From: the human T2T-CHM13v2.0 reference genome, Homo sapiens
Assembly: GCF_009914755.1 (NCBI RefSeq)
Contig: NC_060944.1
DNA length: 64,000 bases
Strand: one strand, 5' to 3'
Under the pieces are notes generated by a model. The model saw nothing but the letters and a program-made list of their open reading frames with translations, was not told the origin of the DNA and did not search any database. Below are positions 1-18,912 of the stretch, piece after piece. Each line of letters opens with the position of its first letter. The stretch's first letter is position 1. Both the position numbers and the translations under genes were made by a program.

Positions 1-673
1 TGGGACTACAGCTGTGCATCACCATGCCCGGCTAATTTTTGCATTTTTAGTAGAGACAGGATTTCACCATATTGGCCAGGCTGTTCTTGAACTCCTGACC
101 TCGTGATCCGCCCGCCTTGGCCTCCCAAAGTGCTGGGATTACAGGCGTGAGCCACCGCATCTGGCCAGAGGAATTATATTTTAAGAGACAGGATCTCTCT
201 ATGTTGCCCAACCTGATCATGAACTCCTGGGCTCAAGGGATCCTCCTGCCTCAGCCTCCTGAGTAACTGGGACTACATGTGAGAGCCACCGTACGCAGCC
301 ATTGGAGGATATTAAGTAGGGAGGGCTACCTAATTCATATTTAAGAAGTTGACTTTGGGCCATGTACGGTGGCTCACACCTGTAATCCCAACATTTTGGG
401 AGGCCAGGCTGGGCAGATCTCTTGAGCCCAAGAGTTTGAGACCAGCCTGGGTAACATGGCAAAACCCTGCCTCTACTGAAAACACAGAAAAATTAGCTGG
501 GTGTGGTGGTGTATGCCTGTGGTCCCAGCTACGCAGAAGGCTGAGATGGGAGGATCACCTGAGCCTGGGGAGGTCAAGGCTGCAGTGAGCACTGATCGTG
601 CCACTGTACCCCAGCCTGGGTGACAAAGTGAGACCCTGTCTCAAAAAATATATACATTAATTAATTAAAATAA

Positions 674-937
<264 letters not shown>

Positions 938-1781
938 TGATCTGCCCGCCTCTGCCTCCCAAAGTGCTGGGATTACAGGGGTGATCCACCGTACCTGGTC
1001 AACTCCCAGTCTTAACACAAACAGAGCATATAATGATGGCAGACAACATTCCAGAGAGGGCTACAAGGGAAGTAATATTCAAATGGGAAGGCCAGGTTTC
1101 ATTCATGCAGAAAGTAGAAGGAACTTTCTAGGAATGGGCTGGCAGTATAGACAACTTTATCTCACATAGATTCCATAGTCCTCTCACAGAGGACTCCCCA
1201 TTCTCCTTAACCTCAGCTCCCCAGTGCTGCTCGGCTTCCCTCCGCTGCCAGAGCTCCTCAACTTCTTGTACCCCAAACCCTCAGCCTGAAGCCCCAGCAA
1301 TCTCCACTGTTCTCCCCAAGCTCCCTCTGCCCATCTTTCTCTTCACAATGACTTCACCCCTCAGAATTCCCATACTTCTTTATAGGCCCCACATTGAAAC
1401 CCAGCCGTTTATTTAAAATAAAACAATTGGGCCAAGCATGGTGGCTCATGCCCATAATCCCAGCAACTCAGGCAGCCCAGGCAAGAGGATTCCTTGAGGC
1501 CAGGAGTTTGAGACCAGTCTGGGCAACATAGTGAGACCCCATCTCTATGAAGAAAAAAAAAAATTTTTTTTTTTTTGAGAGAGACTCTTGCTCTGTCGCC
1601 CAGGCTGGAGCAATCTCAGCTCACTGCAAACTCTTGGAAAACAGTCTGGCTGTTCTATGAATTTTAAACATACAGTTACTATATGATTCAGCCATTCCAT
1701 TCCTAGGTATATATCCAAGAGAAATGAAAATATATATCCACACAAAAACTTGTTTGCAAATGTTCATCACAGCATTATTCA

Positions 1782-2216
<435 letters not shown>

Positions 2217-2779
2217 CTACAACATGAATGACCCTCAAAAAACATTAAATGAAAGAAACCAGTCACAAGAGGCCACATATTGGATTGTTCCATTTCTATA
2301 AAGTGTGCTGCCCCACCCACTCCCATGGCCAATTTTAGACCTCAACACCAGAATTGTTTGAATTCTGAAATTTTTAATTTATGCCTTCTGTGTTCTCACC
2401 ATCCTATTATTCTGGTTTTCATTCATTACCCCTAGTACGCCTGTTGTTCTACCCCATTGAGACACCACACTTTTTATCTCTTCTCTTTATAGTCTATTGA
2501 CCCTCTCCCCTCTTTGCTTCTCCCATCTAGTTCCCATCTGGTCTATTGTTTTAATTTCTCTCTTGCCAGGATTAACTCCCTTGCTCAATTGTCTTCCTAT
2601 CTCGTCCACCTAGAAAGACCTCAACCCTCCAATTGTCTATTTATTCCATGCCTGCCTCCGGATTCTTGAGTACTATTGAAGAAAATCATGCAAATATTAT
2701 ATTGGTACCACTAAATATGGTTTTCAACCTTTATTAAGTTATACTCTGTCCACCTTCTTCAAAACCACCATTTATAACT

Positions 2780-3065
2780 ACATTAGATTGTTAGGGCTGC
2801 CATAAAAAAGTGCCACTATGTGGGTGGCTTAAAGCAATGGAAATGTATTGTTTGGTAGTTATGGAGGCTGGAAGTCTGAAATCAAGGTGTTGACAGGGCC
2901 ACGCTCTATCTGTAGGTTCCAGGAGAGGAAGCTTCCTTGCCTTTTCTAGCTTCTGGAGATTGCCAACAATCCCTGGCATTTCTTACCTTGCACCTGCATA
3001 ACTCCAATCTCTGCCACTGTTATCACATGACATTCTCCCTGGGTGTCTGTCTCTGTGTCTCTTCT
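2780..3065. mobile_element. MLT1-type MaLR LTR fragment
   Basis: TTAGGGCTGCCATAA...GGAGGCTGGAAGTCTGAAATCAAGGTG signature. Confidence 0.75.
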
Positions 3066-3311
3066 CTTCCTCTTCTTTTTTTTTTTTTTTTTGAGATGGA
3101 GTCTCATTGTGACACCCAGGCTGGAGTGCAATGGCGCGTCTCCACTCACTGCAACCTCCACCTCCCAGGTTCAAGTGATTCTCCTGTCTCAGCCTCCTGA
3201 GTAGCTGGGATTAAAGGCACCCACCACCACGCCTGGCTAATTTTTATATTTTTAGTAGAGACGGGGTTTCACCATGTTGATAAGGCTGGTCTTGAACTCC
3301 TGACCTCATGA

Positions 3312-3425
<114 letters not shown>

Positions 3426-3726
3426 TAAGACTAACGTCTTCTCTCACCTGGACTACTACAACTGACTTGATCAGCAAGTTATGTTGATAGAGCATTTCAG
3501 GCAGAAAGAATAGCACATGAAAAGGCTTTGAGGTAAGAATTGGCTTGAAGATTTTGAGGACAAAAGGAAAGCCAAGATCAGTGTGACTGGAAGATAATGA
3601 GTGAGGGTTGCAGTATAAAAGATGAGGTCTGAGGCAGGGCGAGGTGGCTCACGCCTGTAATCCCAGCACTTTGGGAGGCCGAGGCAGGTGGATCACGAGT
3701 TCAGGAGATCGAGACCATCCTGGCTA

Positions 3727-4011
<285 letters not shown>

Positions 4012-4426
4012 TTATTTTATTTTAAGCAAAGCAGTGACATGTTTTAAAAGGGCTCTCTTAGCTGGTTTACAGAGAATAGATTGTAGATCATAGCATAGTT
4101 TACTTCCAGCATGCTCTTTAGGCTTGGCAAGTTGAGATGTTAATGCGACCCCAATTTTGGGGCTTGCTCTAGCTTGCTTTCACTGTATATGAAACTGGAA
4201 AGCTATCCAAGTTGTTTTCATTTTAGCTTCAAATAAGGAAACCTCTTTTATTCTCTGTTAACTGCCAAGGATCAAGAGTCCCTCCCTGGAAGAGGTAAGG
4301 TGATACATTCTTTCCCTGGAGAAAAAACTGTTAGAGGAAGCCAGAAAGAAGAAGGGAAGGGGGGCAGTGTCCCAATCCCATTAGATTATGCAATCAAGCC
4401 GAAGGTACCCACCTCCATTCAAATAA

Positions 4427-4753
<327 letters not shown>

Positions 4754-5790
4754 TGATCAGCAAGTTATGTTGATAGTGCATCCTGACCTCAGGTGATCCA
4801 CCCACCTCGGCCTCCCAAAGTGCTGGGATTACAAGTGTGAGCCACCACGCCCAGCCAATCACCTTTTTTTTTTAGAGATAAGGTCTCCCTCTGTCACCCA
4901 TGCTGAGCACAGTGGCATGATCACAACTCATTGCAGCCTCAAACTCCCGGCTCAAGTGATCCTCCCGCCTCAGCCTCCCAAGTAGCTGGGACCACGGGCA
5001 CATACCACTAGGCCCAGGTAATTATTTTTACTTTTTGTAGAGATGGGGTCTTGCTCTGTTGCCCAGGCTGGTCTCAAATTCCTGGACATGAGCGATCCTC
5101 CCACCTGGGCTTCTGAAAATGCTGGGATTATAGGTGTGAGCCACCTTGCCCAGCCATAAATCATGGTTTGTTTTTTATTTTTTTGAGACAGAGTCTCACT
5201 CCGTCACCCAAGCTGGAGTGCAGTGGCATGATCCCGGCTAACTGCAACCTCCGCCTTTGGTGTTCAAGAGATCCTCCTGCCTCAGCTTCCTGAGTAGCTG
5301 GAATTACAGGTGCACACTACCACACCTGGCTAATTTTTGTATTTTTAGTCGAGACAGGGTTTCACCATGTTGGCCAGGCTGGTCTCAAACTCCTGGCCTC
5401 AAGTGATCCACCTGACTCGGCCTCCCAAAGTGTTGGGATTACAGGTGTGAGCCACTGAGCCTGGCCAAATGACCTTTATTAAAAAGACAAATTTTATGCT
5501 GAAACTGTTCTAGAACTTTCAGAATATATATACTCTATGACTACAGGACAATATTTGCCAATGGGATCAGTTATGATGTCTGTTTCTCTTTGAGGAACAG
5601 TCTATGCCCTTTACCTATCAATTAACCCAGCAGAGGGCTGGTTTCTGTGTCTTATTGGCCCCCACACAAAGTTGTTTTCTTTGCCCCTTAGTGCAGTGCA
5701 GACAATTCTATTAAGAAACCATTCTATTGGCCGGGCGCGGTGTTTCATGCCTGTAATCCCAGCACTTTGGGAGGCTGAGGCTGGCGGTCA

Positions 5791-6111
<321 letters not shown>

Positions 6112-6834
6112 TTAGTTTTCAAGAATGGCTGTACAATTTGCTGAGCAATGCTTGATTAACTCAGATGCAATAACCTGTGTAATAGCCTATTTTCTTGCTT
6201 TGTATTGATTGCTAGACAGCTTAGGTATTGCTCACCTGTAGCAGATATAGATCAATATGATCCACATTTTAGCCCCATTCTTGGCTTCATTTTGTTCCCT
6301 TGTTTTCTTTTCCTATTGATTCACATTTGATTTATCTTGTCTTGCATTTTACATATCTTACTAAGACTTTAAAATCAATTCTTAAACATGGCAAAATAGG
6401 AAGGGGTGAATGATATTGAATATACTGAAACCATTTCCAAGCAGGCATTAAATTCTATCCTTTTTTGAGACAGAGTCTCACTCTGCCGCCCGGGCTGGAG
6501 TGCAGTGGCACGATCTCAGCTCACTGCAGCCTCCACTTTCCAGGCTCATGCCTCAGCCCCCTGAGTATCTGGGATTACAGGCCTGTGCCACCATGCCCAA
6601 CTAATTTTTGTTTTCTTAGTAGACACAGGGTTTTGCCATGCTGGCCAGGTGGTCTCAAACTCCTGGCCTGAAATGATCCATCCGCCTCAACCTCCCAAAG
6701 TGCTGGACGGGTAGATTGCTTGAGCTTAGGAGTTCAAGACCAGCCTGGGCAACATGGCAAGACCCCGTCTCTACAAAAAAGAGATAAATAAATTGTTGGC
6801 CGTGGTGGTGCACAGCTGTGGTCCTGGCTACTCA

Positions 6835-7305
<471 letters not shown>

Positions 7306-8689
7306 CTATAACTAGACTATAAACTCTTTTGAAGGCAGTTATTGTTCATTCATTCAACAAATACAATGGAGTCACATTATGTACCCATTTGACTTACTTG
7401 ACTTCTTAGGGAAAACATAAAAAAAAGAAGAAAGACCAATACTCTATGATTCCACTTATGTAAGGTACCTGGAGTAGTCACGTTCATAGAGACAAAAAGT
7501 AGAAGGGTGGCTGCCAGGGGCTGGGAGGAAAGGGAAATGGGAAGCTGCTCAAATGGGTAGAGGGTTTCAGTTTTGCAAAATAAAAAAGTTCCAGAGATCT
7601 GTTGCACAGCAATGTGAATATAGTTAACAGTATAAAGTATGCGCTTCAAAATGGCTAAGATGGTGAATTTTGTTATGTGTTTATTACCACAATTTTTTAA
7701 AAAAAGAAAAGGAAGAAGAATCAGCTAGCAGTGCTTGAGATGAGAACATGAATCTGTGCTGTTTCCACGGCTGGTCTTGGTTCCTTCCTTCATAGAGTAT
7801 GCATCTCACTGGGCTGAATGTGATTTTATTGTTTAAAGATAAATGTTTCTGGCCAGGTGCGGTGGCTCACGCCTGTAATCCCAGCACTTTGGGAGGCTGA
7901 GGCAGGAGGATCACCTGAGGTCAGGAGTTCGAGACCAGCCTGTCCAACGTGGTGAAACCCTGTCTCTGCTAAAAATACGAAAATTAGCTGGGCATGATGG
8001 CGGGCGCCTGTAATCTCAGCTACTTAGGAGGCTGAAGCAAGAGAATTGCTTGAACCTGGGAGGCAGAGGTTGCAGTGAGCCAAGATCACACCACTGCACT
8101 CCGTCCTGGGCAACAAGAGCAAAACTACAACTCAAAAAAAAAAAAAAAAAGGATAAATGTTTCTTACAACATGGCCCCTACATGCAAGGCAGCTGCTTAC
8201 ATGGGCCTTAATCAAAGAAACTGTTTTCCTATTGGAGGGGAAAAATGGTCATACTAAACTTGTTAAGAGAAGAGAGAGTTAAAAGAATCTTCAAGGATCA
8301 TTTTTACTATATGAGTATTACCATATAGTAAAATATATTATATATCAAAAATATATTACGTATATCATGGAGTTCCTAGTACCAGTTTTTACTACTGTTT
8401 TCTTTCCTCACCAACTCTCAAGCGATATGTCTAATCTTTGAGGCCCTGGCTGTTGGGTTTTCTCTGTTCTCCAAGTCAGCACCTCTCAGAAGGCAAGTGG
8501 ACAGCCTCAAGTGCCCAAACCTAAGGGACTTGGCAGCTCCCAGCTGAAGCCATCCTTCACAGAGTCAGTGGAACCAATCATCAACATGATATGATTTTAA
8601 GGATGGGAAGATATGTCCTCTGCACCTTGCAAACTCATGTTATTCGTTTGCTCATATAGTCCCTATGCTGAATATGTCTTCCTTCAACC

Positions 8690-9420
<731 letters not shown>

Positions 9421-9708
9421 CTCCACTCAAGTTTCATTCAGTCTTCAGGACCCAGCTCAGTCCCTTATCCTCCGTGAAGCCTTCTTACCATTTTCTCCAT
9501 TGTTCCACTCACTTGTCATGTGAACATTTAATTACCTTCTTTCTCTTATTTACCTGAGTTAAACTATTATGTATTTCTCACATAATTCTTTATTTCTTTC
9601 TTTACTTTTTTTTCTTTTTTCAGACACAGGGTCTCACTCTGTCACCTAGCCTGGAGTGCTGTGGCATGACCATGGCTCACTGCAGCCTCAAACTCCTGGC
9701 TCAAGTGA

Positions 9709-10302
<594 letters not shown>

Positions 10303-11056
10303 TAGTAGAGACAGGGTTTCACTGTGTTAGCCAGGATGGTCTCAATCTCCTGACCTTGTGATCCGCCCGCCTCAGCCTCCCAAAGTGCTGGAATTACAGG
10401 CGTTAGCCACTGCGCCCGGCTAGGCTATATTCTTTACTTCTTTTGTTATTATTTAATATGTCATGTTTGCAGGCCTTGACTCCCCCATTATCAATAAATA
10501 CAGGTAAAGTTTATAGGCCAGACATTCTTCAAAGGACTTTTTATGAACATTATATATAACCTTCCCAACAGCTCCATGATATAAGAACTATTATTGTCTC
10601 CATTTGACATATGAGGAAACTTGAGGAAAGATAGCTGTGGTGACTTTGCACAAGTTCACACAGCAAGAATGAGGCATAGCTGGAGTTTAATTTCAGGCTG
10701 TCTGACACCATAGCTCAAACCTATGTTCAATGTGCAGGATTGGAGGGATCTTTAGTGTTTATCTAGTCAACTTCCCTCTCTTGCACTGCTCTTTCTCTTC
10801 CTCTAAACCAAGCTCAAATCCCTTTTCCAGTTTCCCAAGTCGTTATCTAAACTCTTTTTTTACTTTTTGCTTTCTATTTTTATTTATTTATTTTTTTTAA
10901 GATGGAGTCTCACTCTTTCACCCAGGCTGGAGTGCAGTGGCATGATCTCGGCTCATTGCAACCTCCACCTCTTTGGTTCAGCAATTCTCCTGCCTCAGCC
11001 TCCCAAGTAGCTGGGATTACAGGTGTGCGCCACCCCATCCAGCTAATTTTTTTTAA

Positions 11057-11355
<299 letters not shown>

Positions 11356-11655
11356 TAAATATTTTTTAGAGACAGAGTCTCCCTATATTTCCCAGGTTGG
11401 TCTCAAACTCCTGTTCTCAAGGAGTCCTCCCACCTCAGCCTCCCTAAGTGCTGGGATTACAGATGTGAGCCACCACACCCACCCCTAAGCTCTTCTTGCC
11501 ATGGAGAACTTAGTATTTTGCCTTTTCCATCTTTAGACTTAAAAAGCTCTCCTTTAAATTCATCTGACTTCTGCCTAAGGAGGAATATAGTATAGTAGCT
11601 CATCTGTACAATGGAGATTATAGTAGCTATCTCCCAGGATGGTTGTAAGGAATGA

Positions 11656-11976
<321 letters not shown>

Positions 11977-14900
11977 TAATTTTTGTATTTTTAGTAGAGA
12001 CGGGAGTGTTGGCCAGGCTGGACTCGAACTTCTGACCTCATGATCCGCCTGCCTCGGCCTCCCAAAGTGCTGGGATTACAGATGTGAGCCACTACGCCCG
12101 GCCAGTCCTTCAGTCTTGAAAGCTGTGATCATTTGCTCTAAGTTGTCATCACTCTGCTCTTCCTCTTCCTCCTTTTCTTTTTTTATCTCTATATCTCTAG
12201 TTCCTTCAACTGAATCTCACAAGGCATTGTTTCTAGGCCCCTTATTATTCTGTCCTCCTCTGCCCCTCTCACTGTGGTCACTGAACAGAGTGAAACCACA
12301 ATTTCCTTGGGTTTGTGCTACGTGTCTATTAATGAAGCCCACAATTGTATTAGCATTTAGGCCGCCGCATTATATTCAGCTAGCTCCAGCCAGCTCCATT
12401 GAGTTCGTAGCCACCTACAGCACCATTTCTTCCCCATCTGAAACTGTGAAATCATGTTTTTTTACATTCTATACCTGTGCAGTTGGTTTCATGAATTCAG
12501 ATGGATAATTTGACTGTTTTCTCTCTTTTATTTTATCTCCTCTGATTCAGCCTATCTTATCCTAACATCTTTTGGAATCTTTATGTCTTCTTCCATTTAT
12601 GCACAGATTTTGAGGACAGGATTGTTGCAAGGTAAGAGAATTCCTGTAAAGCACAAGTACGTGGCATGCAATAAGTCCTTGATAAACATTAACAATGGTG
12701 ATTGTTATTATTATCCTCAGCACAGCATCTGGCCCATAGTTGACTCTCAATAAATAGTCACTGATTAATGAATGAGTGACTGGATCCATGATTGGTGAAA
12801 TGAATGAATGTTCCCTCTCCTGAATCCTAGGCCCAGTAAATTTGATATTATCCTTCTTTTACAGATAGGAAAACTGAGGCTCAGAGAGCTTAAGGAACTT
12901 CCCCAAAGTAGCTCAGCTGGAGAGTGGTAAAACCAGGACTAGAACTCAGGTCTGCCTGATTCCCAGGCCTGTGTGACTAACACTTCCCCACTATACTTTC
13001 TTACATCTGTATTCAGGTCAGAACTAGTTGTGGAGTCAGAAGTCTGAGGGGTTTCCCGAGATTGTATGTTCCATGCCCTAGAAAAGCGGGTTCTCCTGTT
13101 GTGACCCTGGGAGATGTGGAGGGGCCATGAGATGGGGGACAGAGCACTGGAAGCCTCTTCTCTTTTCTCCCCCATGGGCCTCTCAATTTTCACTGCCTTA
13201 AACTCTGCTTAGCTGTTTCTCGCAAGAAACTAACAGCGCTGTGTGTCCCCAAGGAGAAACTTTTAAGACCAAGGAGCCAAGACCCAGGGAGGTGATTCAA
13301 CAGCTTGCCAGGACTGCAGTCAGTGGAGTCAAGGGCCCAGAGAGCAGCAGCAAGAATGGTATAAAGAACACTGAGGGCCCAGCGCAGTGGCTCATACCTG
13401 TAATCCCAGCACTTTGGGAAACCAAGGTAGGAGGATTGCTTGAGGCCAGGAGTTCAAGAGCAGCCTGGCGAACATGATGAAACCCCATCTCTACTAAAAA
13501 TACAAAAATTAGCCTGGCATGGTGGCACTCGTCTGTAGTCCCAGCTACTCAGGAGGCTGAGACAGGAGAATCTCTTGAACCCAGGAGGCAGAGGTTGCAG
13601 TGAGTGAGCTGACATTGTGCCACTGCACTCCAGCCTAGGCGACAGAGGGACACTCTGTCTCAAAAAAAAAAAAAAAAAGAAGAACACTGAGGGCCAGGTG
13701 CGGTGGCTCATGCCTGTAATCCAGCACTTTGGGAGGCTAAGGTAGGAGGATCGCTTGAGGCTAGGAGTTCAAGACCAGCCTGGATAACACAGTGAGACCT
13801 CATCTCTTAAAAAAAAAAAAAGTTTAAAAGTTAGCCAGATGTGGTGGCACACACCTGTGGTCCTGGTACTTGGGAGGCTAAGGTGAAAGCTGCAGTGAGG
13901 TGAGCTATGATTGTTCCACTGAATTGCAGCCTGGGCAACAAAGCAAGAAAGACCCTGTCTTTAAAAAAAAAAAAAAGAAGAAGAAGAAGAATGCAGACCT
14001 GCAGGAAGCTGTAGTTATCACTCTGCCTCTTTGGATATCAGCTTCCGCATCTGTAAAAAGTGAGGGTGGAGAGTTCTTGCCTTACCTGCTTCACTACGCA
14101 AGGCATGGCAATGATAACAGCTAACACATCCTGAGTGCCACCTCTGTGCCTGCTCCTGTGTTGAGTGCTTCTCATATCCTTGCAGTTAGCACCATGAAAT
14201 AAGCATATTGTTAACCCTCTTTTTTTTTTTTTTTTTTTACAAATGAGGAAACCAAGGTTCATGGAATTAAGTTACTTGCCCAAGGCCTCTAACTCTAAGT
14301 GACAGAACTGAAATTTTGAAAGTGTGCAGCCTTCAGAGCTGAGTGACCATGGGTGGAGAGTGTTTGTGAACTCTCAAGTATGATAGATGCCTTGTACCCT
14401 TTGGGGCAAGAATGAACAGTACCAGTTTGCAGCTTGTTATGGTTGCGGTTGGAGGTGGGTGGCTGGGGGAGAGTGTTTTCCAAGGAGGCAGCTGAACAGA
14501 TCCTGTGGTTAGGATGGGTGACCTGATCACATCCCCAGAGTCTGGGTGGGAAAATGCAGGAGGGTCCACAGTCTGAAAGAGAGCCCTAGGGCAGGTTGTG
14601 GTGGTAGAGGAAACTCCTAGCGTGTCAATCCAAACAGTCCACTGGGAGCCCAGGCCTTCAGTAGGAGGGGCATTGTGGCTCAGATGACATGAACCTCTCT
14701 GACTGGGCTAAGGCAGAGAGAAGCTCCAGTTCGGTCAGAACTTTCCAAGAAACCAGGGACACGCAGCCCAGGAAATAATACCTGTGGGAGTCAGCCCCAC
14801 CTGTGACCCATTCATCTTATCTATCTGCCCTTGGGTTTCTGGCCCCCCAGTTTCTACACTGCTCTCCCTGGATCCCCAGCCCACTCCTTGGCTTCCCCAG

Positions 14901-16210
14901 CACCTCCCTTCCAGGCCCATTCTCCCCTCACACACACCACAGCTCTGTCTGCCACGGCAGCTCCTTTGTTTACTTCCAGAGCTGCCAGGCCCACCACTAG
15001 CCAAACACAACGAAGCCCAGCCAGTGAGGGGAGGCTCCAGGCTCAGTCTGTCCCCTCAGAGAGAGGTAATAGCCTCCAGACCAAGGAGGCAGCTCAAAGG
15101 TAGGCTGCCCCCGCACTGTGCCCAAGCTTCAGGCCTAGAGGGAAAGGGCACAAGGTCTGCCCATAGCTGGGTAGGAATCCCTACTGTTGAAGCAGCTTTG
15201 GTGAGGAGCCCCAGGAATCAAAGACCCAGCTGGAGGGAGGTAGGGGAAATGTTGAAGCCCCCTGGGTGGGAAGTGGAGGCTTAGACTGCTCCTGGTTCTC
15301 CCTGTGTCTATTCTGCCAGGTAGAACTGGAGTCCTCAGCCCAAGGCACCCATATGCCTGTCTCCCCACCAGAGGGCTATGTTCCCCTCCCAAAAGTCTGT
15401 GCCCTGTGCCTCCCCAAAGATTCCAGCTGAGAAAAGGAAGTGAGCATTTACTCTGGGCCAAGCCCCAAGCAGGAAACATTGTCAGGGTGTGCCTGGCATT
15501 TGTCTGTCTGAGGTTAGTGGGGAGTTTATTTATCTGATGTATAATTATGTATTTATATAATGTGTAATATAAAGGCAGGGGACTCCGATTCTGTTTCTGG
15601 AGCTGGGGGCTGATGGGTGAGCAGTGAGGTGTAGTGAGGGTGTCAAGCTGGAGGGCAACAGGGCCACAGACATGGTCATGTGAGGAACAGTGGTCAGTGG
15701 CGAGAGGAGATGCCCCAACAGGGAGAAGGAGAGCCTTGGCAGCCCAGATTCCCCAGGGGAGAGATAAAGGACTCTTTCAATGGTGCCCAGGTAATTCTGT
15801 GAGTATGGGGGTAGCAGGGCAGGCAGATATTGGTCGATGATGTAGGAATGATTTTAGAAGAAATGAAATCCCCAATTTCCCTCCCTTTTAGGGATCTATT
15901 TTGGAGACAACAAACTTGACTAAGGAATCTCAAGAAGAAAATATAATTCTGCTGCCAGGCCCCAATGGAGCAAATAGAGCTCGGGACCCAGGGGCCTTTG
16001 GAAGGAACAGGAATGCGGTTAGAGGTGAGCACTGGCCCTGCTTAGCTGCACTCTCTGTCCCATTGTGCTTCAGTTTCCAGGAGTGGGGGTGGGGATAGGG
16101 CTCTGAAAACTGAGTTTATACATGAAGCAACCCACCTCCCTGCCCTGGGTCAGTAATTCTTCAAGGGGTCACTGGGTCCCCTGGAGTAAACAAGAAATTT
16201 GCCACAGTTT

Positions 16211-16769
16211 TAGGCACAGTTTTGCTTTTTATCTCATCAATATACATTTAAATCTAACAGTCTAACAGCCTCACACTCCTCAACTCTATCCAAGCCCTCT
16301 CCTCTTCTCTCCCACTCTTGCCCAGTCAGCTTCTCAACTGTCCCAGGGACAGGAAGTCACCAGGCACAAATGTGATTTGAGGAGGCAGTGGCACCTGTGG
16401 CTCTCCTGAGAGGTGCTTAGGAGAGTCCAGAGGCTGAGAAGGCCCAGGTGAGGAGAAATGGTGGGCTGAGTCTCATCGGAAAGCACTGTTTCCTGGGACT
16501 CAGTCCCATTCAGAGTCTGTCTCCCTGGACCTGTGCCTGCCACTGGTCACATCAGCAGACGGGCAGCAATCCTCAGCCAGGGGAACTTGTGGATAAAAGG
16601 GGGCCTTTAGCCCAAGTCACACTCAGAGAGCGAGCAAGCTTATTGGAATCCCCTTTCACCCAAGCTGTGTAGATGCTCCTGCCACAGCTTCCTGACCCCT
16701 CTGTGATTCCAGGAGTGCAGGAAGGGGCTCTTGGGATGTGCCACCCAGGAAGACAGAGGGCCAGTGCTG
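16211..16769 (-). other. GDF5: GDF5 3'UTR ending after a variant poly(A) signal GATAAA (16233-16228)
   Basis: Repeat-free sequence after the stop; no AATAAA seen here; 3' end approximate and from recall of the mRNA end. Confidence 0.7.
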
Positions 16770-17924
<1,155 letters not shown>

Positions 17925-18031
17925 TTATCAGCTTTGTAACTGCCTTCTACCTATCTCTCTCCCAGCCATGAGCTAACGTGATGTCTCATTTGTGAGATAG
18001 GTGGAGTGAGCATTAAAATTACTCCTGTTGA

Positions 18032-18309
18032 CTGGGCACAGTGGCTCACACCTGCAATCCCAGCACTTTGGGAGGCTGAGGTGGGTGGATTGCTTGAGCT
18101 CCGGAGTTCGAAACCAGCCTGCACAACATGGTGACACTCTGTCTCTACAAAAAATACAAAAATTAACCAGGCATGGTGGCGTGCACATGTAGTCCCAGCT
18201 ACTCAGGAGGCTGAGGTGGGAGGATTGATTGACCCCAGGGAGGTCAAGGCTTCAGTGAGCCGTGAATTCGCTATTGCACTCCGGCCTGGGCAACAGAGAA
18301 AGACCCTGG

Positions 18310-18342
<33 letters not shown>
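18032..18342 (+). mobile_element. Alu in the GDF5 intron
   Basis: Dimeric Alu with a long A tail. Confidence 0.95.
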
Positions 18343-18347
<5 letters not shown>

Positions 18348-18594
18348 CGCTTTTCCAGAGGAGAATCCCAAGGTTCAGAGAAGTTAGATGACTTGCTCAA
18401 ATTCTCAGCTGCTTCCACCATCCCTTAAAGGAGACCTTGGTGCTCTTGTTATGCAGATGAGGCACAGAGATGGGGAGTGACTTGACTAAGGTCACACAGC
18501 AAGTTAATGACAAAGCTGGTCCACACTGACCTACAGCCCAATTTTCCTGGCTTTCCAGTGCAAGGATTTTGTTGCCTATGTGTCTTACTCTCCT

Positions 18595-18912
18595 GAGCAT
18601 GTGTGTGTGTTACAGTTGTATGCATGTGTGTGATTGGGTTCATATGTGAATATGAAAGAGTGTATACGTTAATGACGCATTATATGTATAAATGATTGGG
18701 CTTGTGTGACTATTTGAAGAGCACATATATGTCTGTATATGCATGATTGATCTTGTGTGTGTATGTAAGAAGGTGTGTGTGCACATGCATATGTGTGTGA
18801 TTCGGCATGTGTGTACGTGTGTGATTCAGCACGTGTGTGTGTGAGTCAGCATGCATGTACATGTGTGATTCAGCATGTGTGTATAAACATAAGGCTATGT
18901 ATGTGTATGTGA
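18595..18912. repeat. Degenerate (TG)n/(TA)n simple repeat in the GDF5 intron
   Basis: Alternating purine-pyrimidine tract with repeated TGTGTGATTCAGCA units. Confidence 0.85.

Noticed and set aside
14735-15537. Cluster of ORFs up to 166 aa downstream of GDF5
   Set aside because: No recognisable protein features or splice structure; expected by chance in GC-rich DNA
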